DNA of 64,000 nucleotides from Mantamonas sphyraenae STR306 (lineage: Eukaryota; Protista; CRuMs). A model generated the notes under the pieces. It saw only the letters and a program-made list of their open reading frames with translations, searched no databases and was not told where the DNA came from. How positions within the stretch are numbered: position 1 is the stretch's first letter; every line of letters begins with the position of its first letter. The DNA is taken from the NCBI GenBank assembly GCA_026936335.1, contig JAPMXV010000052.1, positions 502,063 to 566,062 of the forward strand, given 5' to 3'. The translations under genes were made by a program, and so were the position numbers. Shown here in pieces: positions 21,511 to 33,185 of this stretch.

Positions 21511-21725
21511 AATTTTGATTTCGCAGCCGGCGTGGGCAGACTTGCAGAGCACAAAACACATACACAAGAGGGGTCCTGCGGGGTAGTATCACCAACTCCG
21601 CAGGCATTGTCGCCGTGTTTCACCGCCAGGCGCACCTTTAAGTTGTAGGTGTCGTGCTCTGCCCGTGTGCACAGCCGGCTGACGCCAACAATGCCACAGA
21701 ATGGAGGAGAAGATGGTCCATTCAT
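21511..21725 (+). ncRNA. Candidate omegaRNA (scaffold plus 3' guide) of the Fanzor locus
   Basis: Immediately 3' of the Fanzor stop. Nested stems 21524-31/21674-81 and 21544-52/21654-62, hairpins 21575-84/21595-604 and 21632-37/21647-52, and a crossing pairing 21603-16/21682-95. Confidence 0.6.
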
Positions 21726-21729
21726 CTGT

Positions 21730-24700
21730 TCATTGGCTGCGCCTCCTCTTGACGGAACCAAAGAGCACACGCGGTGCAATGTCGTCTTCGCCATTGTCGC
21801 TACTGGCACCTTCGTTGGCCGCCTCATTGTGTCCTGTGCTCTCGTCGCTGTCTGTGGACCCCTCGCCAAGTTCTAGCTCCACCTCGCGCGGGTCCTGCAA
21901 GCCGTCATCGTCTTCTCTGTCCTCTTGCTTGCGCTTACGGCTTCCCGTGCTGCTTGCGCTGGCCATACTTACGTCGCTGACGACGCTGGCTGCGTCCTGT
22001 TCGTCGCTGTACGATTCTTCATCGTCGTTGCTGTCTTGGCTCCGTGGGTTCTCCTGCAGGGACATGGTGTCGTCATCGTACGAAAACGAGGTGCTTGTGG
22101 TTGTGTTTGCATTGGCGGCCTCGGCCAAGGCATTTGCGAGAAAGGCGTGGCTGGCCGGGGACGAGCCCTCGTCGTCATCGTCGCCGTCTGCCTCGTCATC
22201 GTCCAGGCTGTCGCGTGTACTTGCGGGCATGTTTCCGAGCACCCTCAATGCGCGCCTCTTTTTCCCGCCTGTCGGGCGAGGAGTGTCTGGCTTGCCACCG
22301 GTAAAGACACTGGCGGGCTGTTTGTCGCGGTGCTTCTTGGGGCGCACGGGCAAACGCAGCTGTGCGTTCTCCTGGCCGTCGGAGCCGGCCATGGTGTCCT
22401 CGTCCTCATCCAGAGGGTCTGCGGTGGCCAGTTCTCCGCCGTAGGCTGCCATTTCCTTGAGTCTGTTGTGTGCGGCAAGGGTGTCTGCTCGTTGCTCATC
22501 TTCGTCCATGTCGTCGTCCTGGAAGTATTGGTCCTCGTCCTCCCATTTGCGCTCGCGTGCAAGTGCGCCATCGGTGCCTGCGCGTGCCTCGTGGTTGTCA
22601 ATCATCTGCAGGGCGGCCGGGCCGCCGCGGTGCTCCTCGTAGCGCTGGAGGATGGTCTGGAATATGGGCACGTAGTGGACACTTCGCAGGCGATCGCCAA
22701 ACTTTTGACCCAGCTCGACAATGAGGTGTGTGCGGTTGTCCTTGAGGATGTAATCGAATATGTTCAGGATGGACGAGTTGAGCAGGTTGTACTTGTCGCC
22801 GTTGTTCAGCAGAGCCTCGATGAGGGGCTCAAACAGATTGTTCTTGATAAGGTAGCGGTCAAAAACAAAGTCGAGCGAGGTGACGGCGCAGCGGAGGAAG
22901 CGTACGGCCGCCAGGACGACTGCGCGATGCCTGTGGTTGAGCAGGTTGGTGATGCGCAGCACGATATCGTTGCCAAACATAAAGAATCGTGAGCGGTAGC
23001 TGTGTGCCTGAAGGATGAAGCCCATGAGATCGCACAGATGCTGCTTGACGCTGATGTCCAGCTCGAGCTCGAGTTGTTCCTTTTTGGACAGGGTCGAGGT
23101 CTTCTTGAAGCGGAACTTGGAGCGGGGCTTTGCGACATCGGAGGAGGATGAAGAAGAAGAGGATGCTGCGTCGGCGGAAGAGGAGGAGGGTGTGCGTGTG
23201 GGTGTGGATGAGGCCGAGTTTGGCTTGGAGTGAGCTGCCGAGGTGCCCGTAGGCGAGCCAATGATGGCGTCACCGGTGAGACCCGTGTCACAGAAGCGCA
23301 TGTCCTTGAGAGGAGTGAGGATGGCTTTCGCCAGGTGTTCGTAAAAGCAGGTGAGGGTGTTGCGGCGCTCCTGTTGGTGCTGGAACTGGGCTTGCTCGAT
23401 TTGCTCTTCCTCGAGAACAGCACGGAGGACGTCGCACATTTGGGACTTGAGGCCCAGATTGTGGTCCTTGAGAAAGACCCACTGGATGGTTTTGAACAGA
23501 TCGTAGCCACGCTCGGTTTCGAGAGGGAGGAGGAGCTGCTCGCGCACTTGGGCCGGGTCGTGGATGAGGAAGCAGCTGAGGATTTCTGTGGCAGCCATGC
23601 GGATTTCGTCGGAGGGGTCGACGAGGAGGCGTGAGAAGTACTGGAGGAGGCCGTGCTCGATCATGCTTGTGAAGAAAACGGTGCGAACGGGGGACTGGAA
23701 GTTGCGTGCAAGGGCACACCACTCTTCGATGTACTTGAGGACACGCTTGCGAGAATGGGTGGCGTCGTGGTCGCTCAGAAACTCGCGTGTGTCTGCGCTC
23801 ATGAGGAGGAACGGGGCCGAGGGCCACGGGGTGCAACTGTCGATATCGTCGTCGCTGAGGTCGACCTCGTGCAGGAACTCGGGCATGTGCTTCCAGGGAG
23901 AGACAAAGGAGGAATAAGGGACGACGCAGGCCTCAAGGACACGCACGATCTCGTAAATGAAGCGGTCGTCGTTGCGCACGTGGTTGAGGATTTCCACGTT
24001 GTTAATGTACATCAGATGATTGAGGGTTGCGTAGGGGCCCTCTTCGATGAAGGTTGGGCCGAGAATCATGTCCTTGATGTACTGCAGGTGGTAGTTCTGG
24101 TGGACGCAGCTGACAACCTGGTCATTGTCAAACGGGACGACTTCGACAAATTCGGCTTGCTCTTCGAGAAACTCCCTGTGGCGCGTACGCTCTTCGATGG
24201 GAACTGTGTCGTCGTCTGTGGGTGGGATAGTGGAGCGGGAGGATAGACGTGTGCAGTGACACAAACGAGAGAGGTGAGGGAGAGGTGTGTGAGCAGGGCG
24301 GGAGGCAAACGTGGCTACGGGTCTCGGGATTGCGTCCGAGAACCTACATTCAAGGACGCCGATGACGCGGAGGATGTTTTCGCGGTTGAGCAGGCAGTCC
24401 ATCATGGTCTGGTCGTTTTGGTTGACTGTGGTAGAGGGAGTGCGTGGCGGGTGGGGCGTGTGAGTGTGTGTGAGGGGCGCACATGTGAGAGCAAGCGGGA
24501 GACGGGACGTACTGAGCTCGCGGAAGATGCGGTAGAGGTTGTGGAGGCCCTCGATGTTTTCGAGTCTCTCGCAGGTGTCAAAGAGGTCGAGGAGGAGGCG
24601 GATGTAGCCCTCGTGGATCATGGCCTGGACGAGGCGGGTACGAGCAGCGGGGACGACCTGGACGACGAGGCTGGCGAGCTCGTCGAGGTGATGCATGTCT

Positions 24701-25798
24701 GCAGGCGGCAGTTCGACGGGTTCGCCCGAGTCGATGTAGTCCTGGAAGCTGTCTTCGTGGAAACCGTCGTGTGCGTCGAGAAAGTCTGTGGAGAAAGGGA
24801 GCAGGTGTCAGCGGCGCGGTTTTCCCGCCACTTTGTGGGCGAGGCAGGATGACGGGCGTGAGGGGACGACTTACCCATGCTCTCTTCGCTGACATGTGAT
24901 TCGAGGTGTGACGAGTGTACCTGTGCAAGCGAGATCTCTTTGAACATGTTGTGGCAGTAGTCGGCGTCGGTGAAGCTGATGGCGTATTCAACGTCCTGCT
25001 GTGGATCTTTCCACACAATAAGGGTGTCTGGAAGGTGGGACGGAGTGGATTGCGCGCGCATAGAGTGTGAGGATGGGGCGAAAGAGAGTGCAGCGAGGAT
25101 CCGGATAGGGAGGCAGGGGCGTTTCGGCGGTGCATGCACGACGGCGTCCGGAGTCGTGGGCTAGAAGGGGACATGTGGGCCAATGCAGGCAAAGCGGCAT
25201 CATAGAGAGGGCGAGTTGGGCGGGGGAGAAGGTGGTCGCAGGGCATGGTTGCGACGCGGTTGGCGTGTACGGGGACGGGGAAACGCCGCGGCGGGACCGC
25301 TCACCTGTGCTGATTCCGTAGGCCACGTCTGGAAGCACGGGGCTTCGCAGCATCATTTCGCCGGAATCAGATCGAACGACTATGTACACGGTGTCTTCGA
25401 AATCTGTGGTGATGGTGGATTCGTTGCTGTGACGCAGCTGTGTGGCGTGGCGTGTGTGCGGGAACGTGTCAGGACCGCGCGTCTTCCGACCGATTTGGAT
25501 GGAGAGTACAACCCTGTGTGGGAAGGCGTGTCATGTATGTGCATGCGTGTACGTGTGGGAGGGAAGGGGGGGGTGGGGGGTGTGGCCTACATGAGCTTCT
25601 GTTATGCTATCGCTGAGCAGCAATCCGATTTGTCCGATGCAAATGGGCTCCCAACCTCCCTCAGAGTCCAGCTGGGAAGAAGTGCGTGTGTCAGCATGTG
25701 TGTGTTGTGTGTGTGTGGTGGTGGCGGTTGCGATCTGCGTCGGGGGCGCCTACCTTGTACAGCTTGACGCGTTTGGAAGGGTCGGGCGGGCCGTCCAT
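21730..25798 (-). CDS. PPP4R3: Protein phosphatase 4 regulatory subunit 3 (SMEK/Psy2), multi-exon
   Basis: N-terminal EVH1-like exons (MDGPPDPSKRVKLYK..., TLIVWKDP...YAISF), SMK-1 region (HREFL...F.EVVPF...HQNYHLQYIKDMIL), HSYRSRFF and NGDKYNLLNSSIL motifs, acidic tail. Confidence 0.92.
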
Positions 25799-26015
25799 GG
25801 TGGGTTGGATTGGGGGCGGAGGCGCAAAGAGGAACACTTTGTGAAGGCCTGCAGGGAAGGGTGAGAGGAAAACGGAAGTGGGAATTGGAAGGGGAGTGTG
25901 TGTGTGTGTGTGTCGGGGGAAGGAGGGGGGGGGAAAGGTGTTGGAGCTGCTGCAGGTGAGAGGCGGAGCAAGACTTCTTTCATTCCTTCATCGACGCGCT
26001 CGAGACATGGCGAGC

Positions 26016-26852
26016 TTACTCCATGTGCCAACCGTTGGATACAATGACACTCTGGCCGGTGAGAGAGTTGCTGTCAAAGCCGGCCAAAAAGGCAGCGACC
26101 TCGGCGACCTCTTCGCTGGAAACAAACTGCTTGTTGACGGTGTCCTTGAGAAAGACGTCCGAGACCACGGCTTCTTCAGTGATGCCGAGGTTCTTTGCCT
26201 GGGCGGCGACCTGGCCTTCGACGAGCGGGGTCCACACGTAGCCGGGGCAGATGAGGTTTGAGCGGATGCCGTACTCGGCGCCCTCCTTGGCAATGACGCG
26301 GGTGAGGCCGGCGAGGCCGTGCTTTGCTGCCACGTAGGGGGCCTTGAGCGGTGAGGCAAGCTTGCTGTGCACACTTCCGGTGAAGATGATGCTTCCGTTG
26401 GCCTGGGCCTTGTTGTCTGCAGAGTCGTCGAGCCCAGCGGCGATGCCTCGCATGACCTCGCGGGCCGTCAGGAAGCAGCCGTCGAGGTTGATGCCAACAA
26501 CACGCTTCCAGTCGCTGTATTCCAGATCCATGACACTGGAGATGTGCTGCACGCCTGCGTTTGCAACCAGGGTGTCCACAGTGCCCAGCGCCTTGCTGGC
26601 GTTTGCAACGCCGGCCACAACCTGCTCCTCGTCCGTCACAAACATGGCTTGCGGGAACACGTCGGCGTCGGAAAAGCCTTCGGCGACCATTTGCTCGCAC
26701 AGTTGTTCACACTTTCCCTGATCAACGTCACTGACCACCACCTTTGCGCCAGACGCGAGGAAGCGGTGTACAATCGCCTTGCCAATGCCTCCTGTGGCGC
26801 CGGTGACCAGAGCCACCTTGCCTTGCAGGCTAACCAATCCTTTGCTGCTCAT
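26016..26852 (-). CDS. SDR-family D-3-hydroxybutyrate dehydrogenase, bacterial type (intronless)
   Basis: ALVTGATGGIG, NAGVQH, GSVHSKLASPLKAPYVAAKHG (YxxxK) and ICPGYVWTPLVEGQ are typical of BdhA-type SDRs. Confidence 0.88.
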   Translation of the reverse strand: MSSKGLVSLQGKVALVTGATGGIGKAIVHRFLASGAKVVVSDVDQGKCEQLCEQMVAEGFSDADVFPQAMFVTDEEQVVAGVANASKALGTVDTLVANAGVQHISSVMDLEYSDWKRVVGINLDGCFLTAREVMRGIAAGLDDSADNKAQANGSIIFTGSVHSKLASPLKAPYVAAKHGLAGLTRVIAKEGAEYGIRSNLICPGYVWTPLVEGQVAAQAKNLGITEEAVVSDVFLKDTVNKQFVSSEEVAEVAAFLAGFDSNSLTGQSVIVSNGWHME

Positions 26853-27003
26853 GTGGGCTGTGTTTCCGTTTTCGGGTTTGAAATGTCTCGAGTGTTTGTC
26901 GAGATTCCGAGTTGGGGTTGGGTGTTGGAGTGGGTGGGCCAGGGCCAGAGGGAGCAAGAGATGGTGATTGGAGAGCACGCAACCAGCAAACGAGCATATT
27001 CAC

Positions 27004-28437
27004 TCATTGGACCACCGGCCATGTGGCATTGAGGGCGTGGGAAAAGGGAGAAGCCCAGTCTCGGTCAAAGGCGTTCTGGACGTCGTTGCGGACGTTGGGA
27101 TGTGTGCTGACAAAGGCGACGCCGGCAGTGTCGATGTAGTAGTCGCCGGACCAATTGCTTGTGCCCACATAGGCGTGGGAGTCTGTGACCTGGAACTTGG
27201 CGTGGTTGACACGTGTAAAGGGAACAGCGGCGCCGGTGGGATCAGGGGGCACGACAAACAGACGGACGTCGACGTTGTCGAGGACGTTGAGGGAGCGAAG
27301 GTACATGATTTGGTCAGCGCGAGTGTGGTTCCAGAAGCCAATGAGCATCTGGACTTTGATGCCGCGGAGGGCGGCAGAGCGGATGGCGTCGTCGATGGGT
27401 GGGAAGTACTGGGGAGTGCTGTAGAGGACGGACGGTGAGTAGTCCATGACCTCCATTTTCACAAAAGAGGCAGCGTTGTTGATGGTGTCGACCATGGCGT
27501 CGAGGTCAAAGGTGCGGCCCATGGGACACAGGTTCTTTGGGGAGCTGCTGAAGTAGACAGAGCCCGTCTGGTCGTCGAGTTGCATGGACCAAGGGTTGGA
27601 CTGGTTGTGCAGCGGCTCCATGGACTGGGGCCAAACGGACGGGAGGGAGGTAACTGCACCGGCCTCGTAGTACATGGCAAAGACCTTGTAGAGGTCGCGT
27701 GCGAGGCAGGAGCAGGAGGTGATGTACACGCCAAGTTCCTTGACCTGGGTCAGGGAGCGCCAATCCATGTTTGCAGAGCCGACGTACATGGAAGAGTTGT
27801 CGGCGAGGATGAACTTTGTGTGGAGGACACCCGAGTGGGTGGGATAGAACTTTGGCATGTCGACGACGCGGACCGAGGCGTAGCCTGCGTCGGCAAGGGC
27901 ACGTGCATCGTCGGGCTGGTTGTTATCGATGGACTGGCTAATGGCAATGCGGATGGACACGCCACGCTTGGCAGCGTCGACCAGGGCCTGGTAGACGGCA
28001 CGGCCTTCTTGAGAGCCGGTCCCCTCGGGGCCGTGCTGGTTGAAGGTCATGTAGAAGCATGCGATGTCCAGGGACTTTTTGGCGCCGTTGATGATGTCCA
28101 AGTAAGCCTGGGCAATGCTGACGTTTGTGTGGAGGGTCTGGTTGATACCGTAGGGGATGGACTCGACGAGTTGGTACTGGCAGGAGCCGTCGCAGGTTTC
28201 GGCACGCTTCTTGGCGGCCTGGGCCTGAGACTGTTCCTGGTGGATGACGACGCCGACGCAGAAGAGCATGATAAGGATGAGGAGGACGGCAATGCCGACG
28301 ACCCAGTTGTTGCGCCTCATGGCGTCCATGCGGGTCCAGAAACGGGGCAGCCATTTGCTTCCTTCCTCGAGGTCAGAAAGCGGGGTGAAGGTGCCGTTGC
28401 CGTGGTTGGTGTTGCTTGTACGCCACGGAGAGGACAT
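27004..28437 (-). CDS. PLD3/PLD4-like phospholipase D family type II membrane protein
   Basis: N-terminal TM, LVESIP, two HKD motifs (VLHTKFILAD, VNHAKFQVTD), YVGSANMDWRSLTQVKELG and YVGTSNWSGDY. Confidence 0.93.
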   Translation of the reverse strand: MSSPWRTSNTNHGNGTFTPLSDLEEGSKWLPRFWTRMDAMRRNNWVVGIAVLLILIMLFCVGVVIHQEQSQAQAAKKRAETCDGSCQYQLVESIPYGINQTLHTNVSIAQAYLDIINGAKKSLDIACFYMTFNQHGPEGTGSQEGRAVYQALVDAAKRGVSIRIAISQSIDNNQPDDARALADAGYASVRVVDMPKFYPTHSGVLHTKFILADNSSMYVGSANMDWRSLTQVKELGVYITSCSCLARDLYKVFAMYYEAGAVTSLPSVWPQSMEPLHNQSNPWSMQLDDQTGSVYFSSSPKNLCPMGRTFDLDAMVDTINNAASFVKMEVMDYSPSVLYSTPQYFPPIDDAIRSAALRGIKVQMLIGFWNHTRADQIMYLRSLNVLDNVDVRLFVVPPDPTGAAVPFTRVNHAKFQVTDSHAYVGTSNWSGDYYIDTAGVAFVSTHPNVRNDVQNAFDRDWASPFSHALNATWPVVQ

Positions 28438-28525
28438 GGGTGGCGTGGGTGGGGGGGCGAGGGGGAGAGGAAGGGGTTGAATGCAGAAGAGGTGGGTGCG
28501 GGAGCGAGCCAAAGCAAAAACAGGG

Positions 28526-29346
28526 ATGCGACCGAGCAGAAGTGGCGGCAGCGTGCAGGTGTTGCTTGTGCTGACGCTGGCGAGCGTACTGAGCGCATGT
28601 GTGGCTCAGGATACGGTGAGTGGCAAGTGAGTGGCAAGATGCACGAGGTAAAGACGGACAGGGAGGGGGAGGGAGGCTGACGCAGAGGTACGCAGGGTGA
28701 AACGCTGGATATCCACCTGAGCGTGGATTCGGAAACGCACCAGCTGATTCTGGACTACAACGAGATGATCCATGAGAAGGACAGCAACGATGACATCGAC
28801 TTTAGCACAAAGGACATGCCACATGTGACACTGTACCTGACTGCGTTCCAGGGGAGCAAGGTGGACACGCTGTTGCAACGGTTGAGTGCCCTGTCCGCGA
28901 GCGGGGCCATGCGGTGCGCCAATGCATCGGAATGTGTGTATGAGTTGACGGATTTGAGTGTGAGCGGGCAGTTTGCCATGTGGAACGTGAGCAACAGTGC
29001 GTTTCTGCAGCGAATGAGCGACACGATTGTCAACGCCACGTGCGACCTGATTGTGCCGAACCAGCCTGTGCCCGGGTGGGTCAACTCGCTGCCCGAGCCC
29101 GAGCGTAGCGAAAAGATCCGAATGATCCAAAAGTACGGGTCACCCAACGTGTTTAGTCAATTTCAGCCGCACATTACCATGGCGTGGGACGGAACGACGC
29201 CCGAGAAGCTGGCACAGGTGGTAGGCGAGCTGGATGCCCAACCAAGGACAGTGAGGCCGCCGAGTGTGGCTGTGGGACACACGGGTCCGCATGGGACGGT
29301 GGTGTCCGGGGGCACGTTGGACGAGTGGCTGGTTCAGCCGGAATGA
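28526..29346 (+). CDS. Secreted/lumenal 2H phosphoesterase superfamily protein (exons 28526-28615 and 28696-29346)
   Basis: Signal peptide VQVLLVLTLASVLSACVA and two HxT motifs (PHVTLY, PHITMA) about 120 aa apart. Confidence 0.75.
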
Positions 29347-29513
29347 ACTTGAAGTGATTGGCCATGGCAGAGCGGCGGCTCTACACTGAGGGGCTGGTGT
29401 GGAGGGCGTATGATGCGTGTTTGGAGTTGGATGGATGGCATGCGACGGCGCGGGCAACGGTAGAGATGGTGAGTGAGGCGCACAGTGGGAAAGGCAGGTG
29501 GCTGTGGAGCTGA

Positions 29514-31462
<1,949 letters not shown>

Positions 31463-31660
31463 GAATGTTGACAATGAACGATGGTTTATGTGTGTGTATG
31501 TATGTGTGTTGTTTTGGGGGATGATGGGGTTGCCAGGGAGGTTGTGGACGGGAGGAAGGGAAGGAGGGCGGACGCTCGGTTTGCCGATGCCTGCCAGGAA
31601 GGGGAGAATGGGGTGGAGAGGGGCCAAGGGGCCAAGGGGCCAAGATGACGTTGAGGCTCG

Positions 31661-32365
31661 TCACTTTTTTGCCATCTTGCGTTCAAACTCCGCCCAGTAG
31701 TCCTTGCCGAAGCGGCTGAGCCTGCTGATGGAGCCGGCCTTCTTGAGCAGCTCCTTCTCGTTGGAGGTGTTCTGTCGAATGGTGTGGAGCTCCTTGGCTG
31801 AGTGGCGAACAGCATGCTGGAGCTCGGATTGGTCGATGGATGATGCAGGGCGGGCCTCAAACATGCGGATGGTCGCGTCGAGGGAACTGATGCGCTGCTC
31901 GCGCTTCAGGATGAGCTGGTCGAGCTCCTGGATCCAGCGGGTACGCAGTGCATGCACCAGAAGCTGTATTTTCTCTTCTTCAGAGGTTTGGTTTGAGCCG
32001 ACGCCACGCAGGACCTTGTCTTCGTCCTTGAGGAGTTTGCGGTAGCGCTTCTCCATTCGCTGGCGGGAAATTGGGGTGAAGGAGGGTAGGCAGAGTAGAC
32101 ACAACAGGAAGTGTGGAGTGGGGCAGGGGTGGTTGGAGGGTGTGAGCGAAACGGGGAGCGGGCAGTGGGCAATGGGAGCGGCGTGCAAACGTACCTTTGG
32201 GGTCAAGGTGTCCTGGTCGACTGTGCCGGCGACGAGCGGATGGGCACGGACGGCGCGGGAGATCATGTTTGTTTCTTTCTCGCCATACTTTTGGACAAAG
32301 AGGGCAAGGAGGAGTTTGGAGCGTGTGGTGAGCTCGGGTCGTTTAGACGCCTTGCTGCTGCTCAT
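31661..32365 (-). CDS. SANT/Myb-like plus coiled-coil protein resembling the BRD8 N-terminus, no bromodomain (intron 32060-32194)
   Basis: LTTRSKLLLALFVQKYGEKETNMISRAVRAHPL...RMEKRYRKLL...LVHALRTRWIQELDQLI follows the BRD8 N-terminal pattern. Confidence 0.55.
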   Translation of the reverse strand: MSSSKASKRPELTTRSKLLLALFVQKYGEKETNMISRAVRAHPLVAGTVDQDTLTPKVRLHAAPIAHCPLPVSLTPSNHPCPTPHFLLCLLCLPSFTPISRQRMEKRYRKLLKDEDKVLRGVGSNQTSEEEKIQLLVHALRTRWIQELDQLILKREQRISSLDATIRMFEARPASSIDQSELQHAVRHSAKELHTIRQNTSNEKELLKKAGSISRLSRFGKDYWAEFERKMAKK

Positions 32366-32542
32366 GGTTTTGGGCGCGATGGCGCAGGCAAGGCAGACAA
32401 TGAGCACACATCTGGGGCGACAGGGAGCGGGTGTGGCTGTGTTGGTGGCTGTGCTGTGGTGGTGGCGAACGTTGTGGCGAACGTTGTGGCGATTGGGGAG
32501 GGACACGCGCTGGGGGACGCAGACCTGTCGAGAGTGCAAAGC

Positions 32543-33126
32543 ATGAGCAGCACAGAAAAAAGCGAGGAGAGCGTGTGGGACTACCCACGTCCACCTGCCC
32601 TGGATGAGATGGGCAAGCACGTCAAGGTGGTGTACAACGGTGTGGTGATCGCCGAGACGGATTCCGCGCTGCGAATCCTAGAGACAAGCCATCCACCGAC
32701 AGTGTACATTCCCAAAGAGGACATCAACATGGAGTACCTGGAAGAGGTGTCTGGCAAGTCGAGCTACTGCGAATGGAAGGGTGGGTTGTGGCCAAAGTAG
32801 CTGGAGTTCCGGCGGAGAGTTGCGGCACGGAAGACTGGCTGACGTATTCATACGTGTACCATTATGCAGGGGCAGCCACATACTACGATATCGTGGTGGA
32901 CGGAAAGACAAGCAAAGCGGCAGCATGGACGTACTTGGAGCCGAACAAGACGTACGCAAAGCTGGAGGGCCACCTGTGCTTCTACGCCTCACGTGTGGAT
33001 GAAGCATGGGTGGATGATGAGCAGGTGGTTCCGCAGGAAGGGGATTTTTACGGCGGATGGATCTACGCGGGCATTTCGGGCGGGGAGAAGGGGTTCAAGG
33101 GAAGGCCGGGCACGCTGTGGTGGTGA
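32543..33126 (+). CDS. DUF427 domain protein (intron ~32781-32869)
   Basis: ESVWDYPRPP, VIAET...ETSHPPTVYIP, SYCEWKG|AATYY, AAWTY and PQEGDFYGGW...FKG.PGT.WW. Confidence 0.88.
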
Positions 33127-33185
33127 TGGAAGGGAAGGGAACAAGGGAACTGGAATGGATGGAAGTTAGGAAATGCATTTGGGGA

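Noticed and set aside
21509-21730. CRISPR array or tRNA next to the Cas12-like ORF
   Set aside because: No direct repeat-spacer periodicity and no cloverleaf or T-loop consensus; the pairings fit a single structured RNA.
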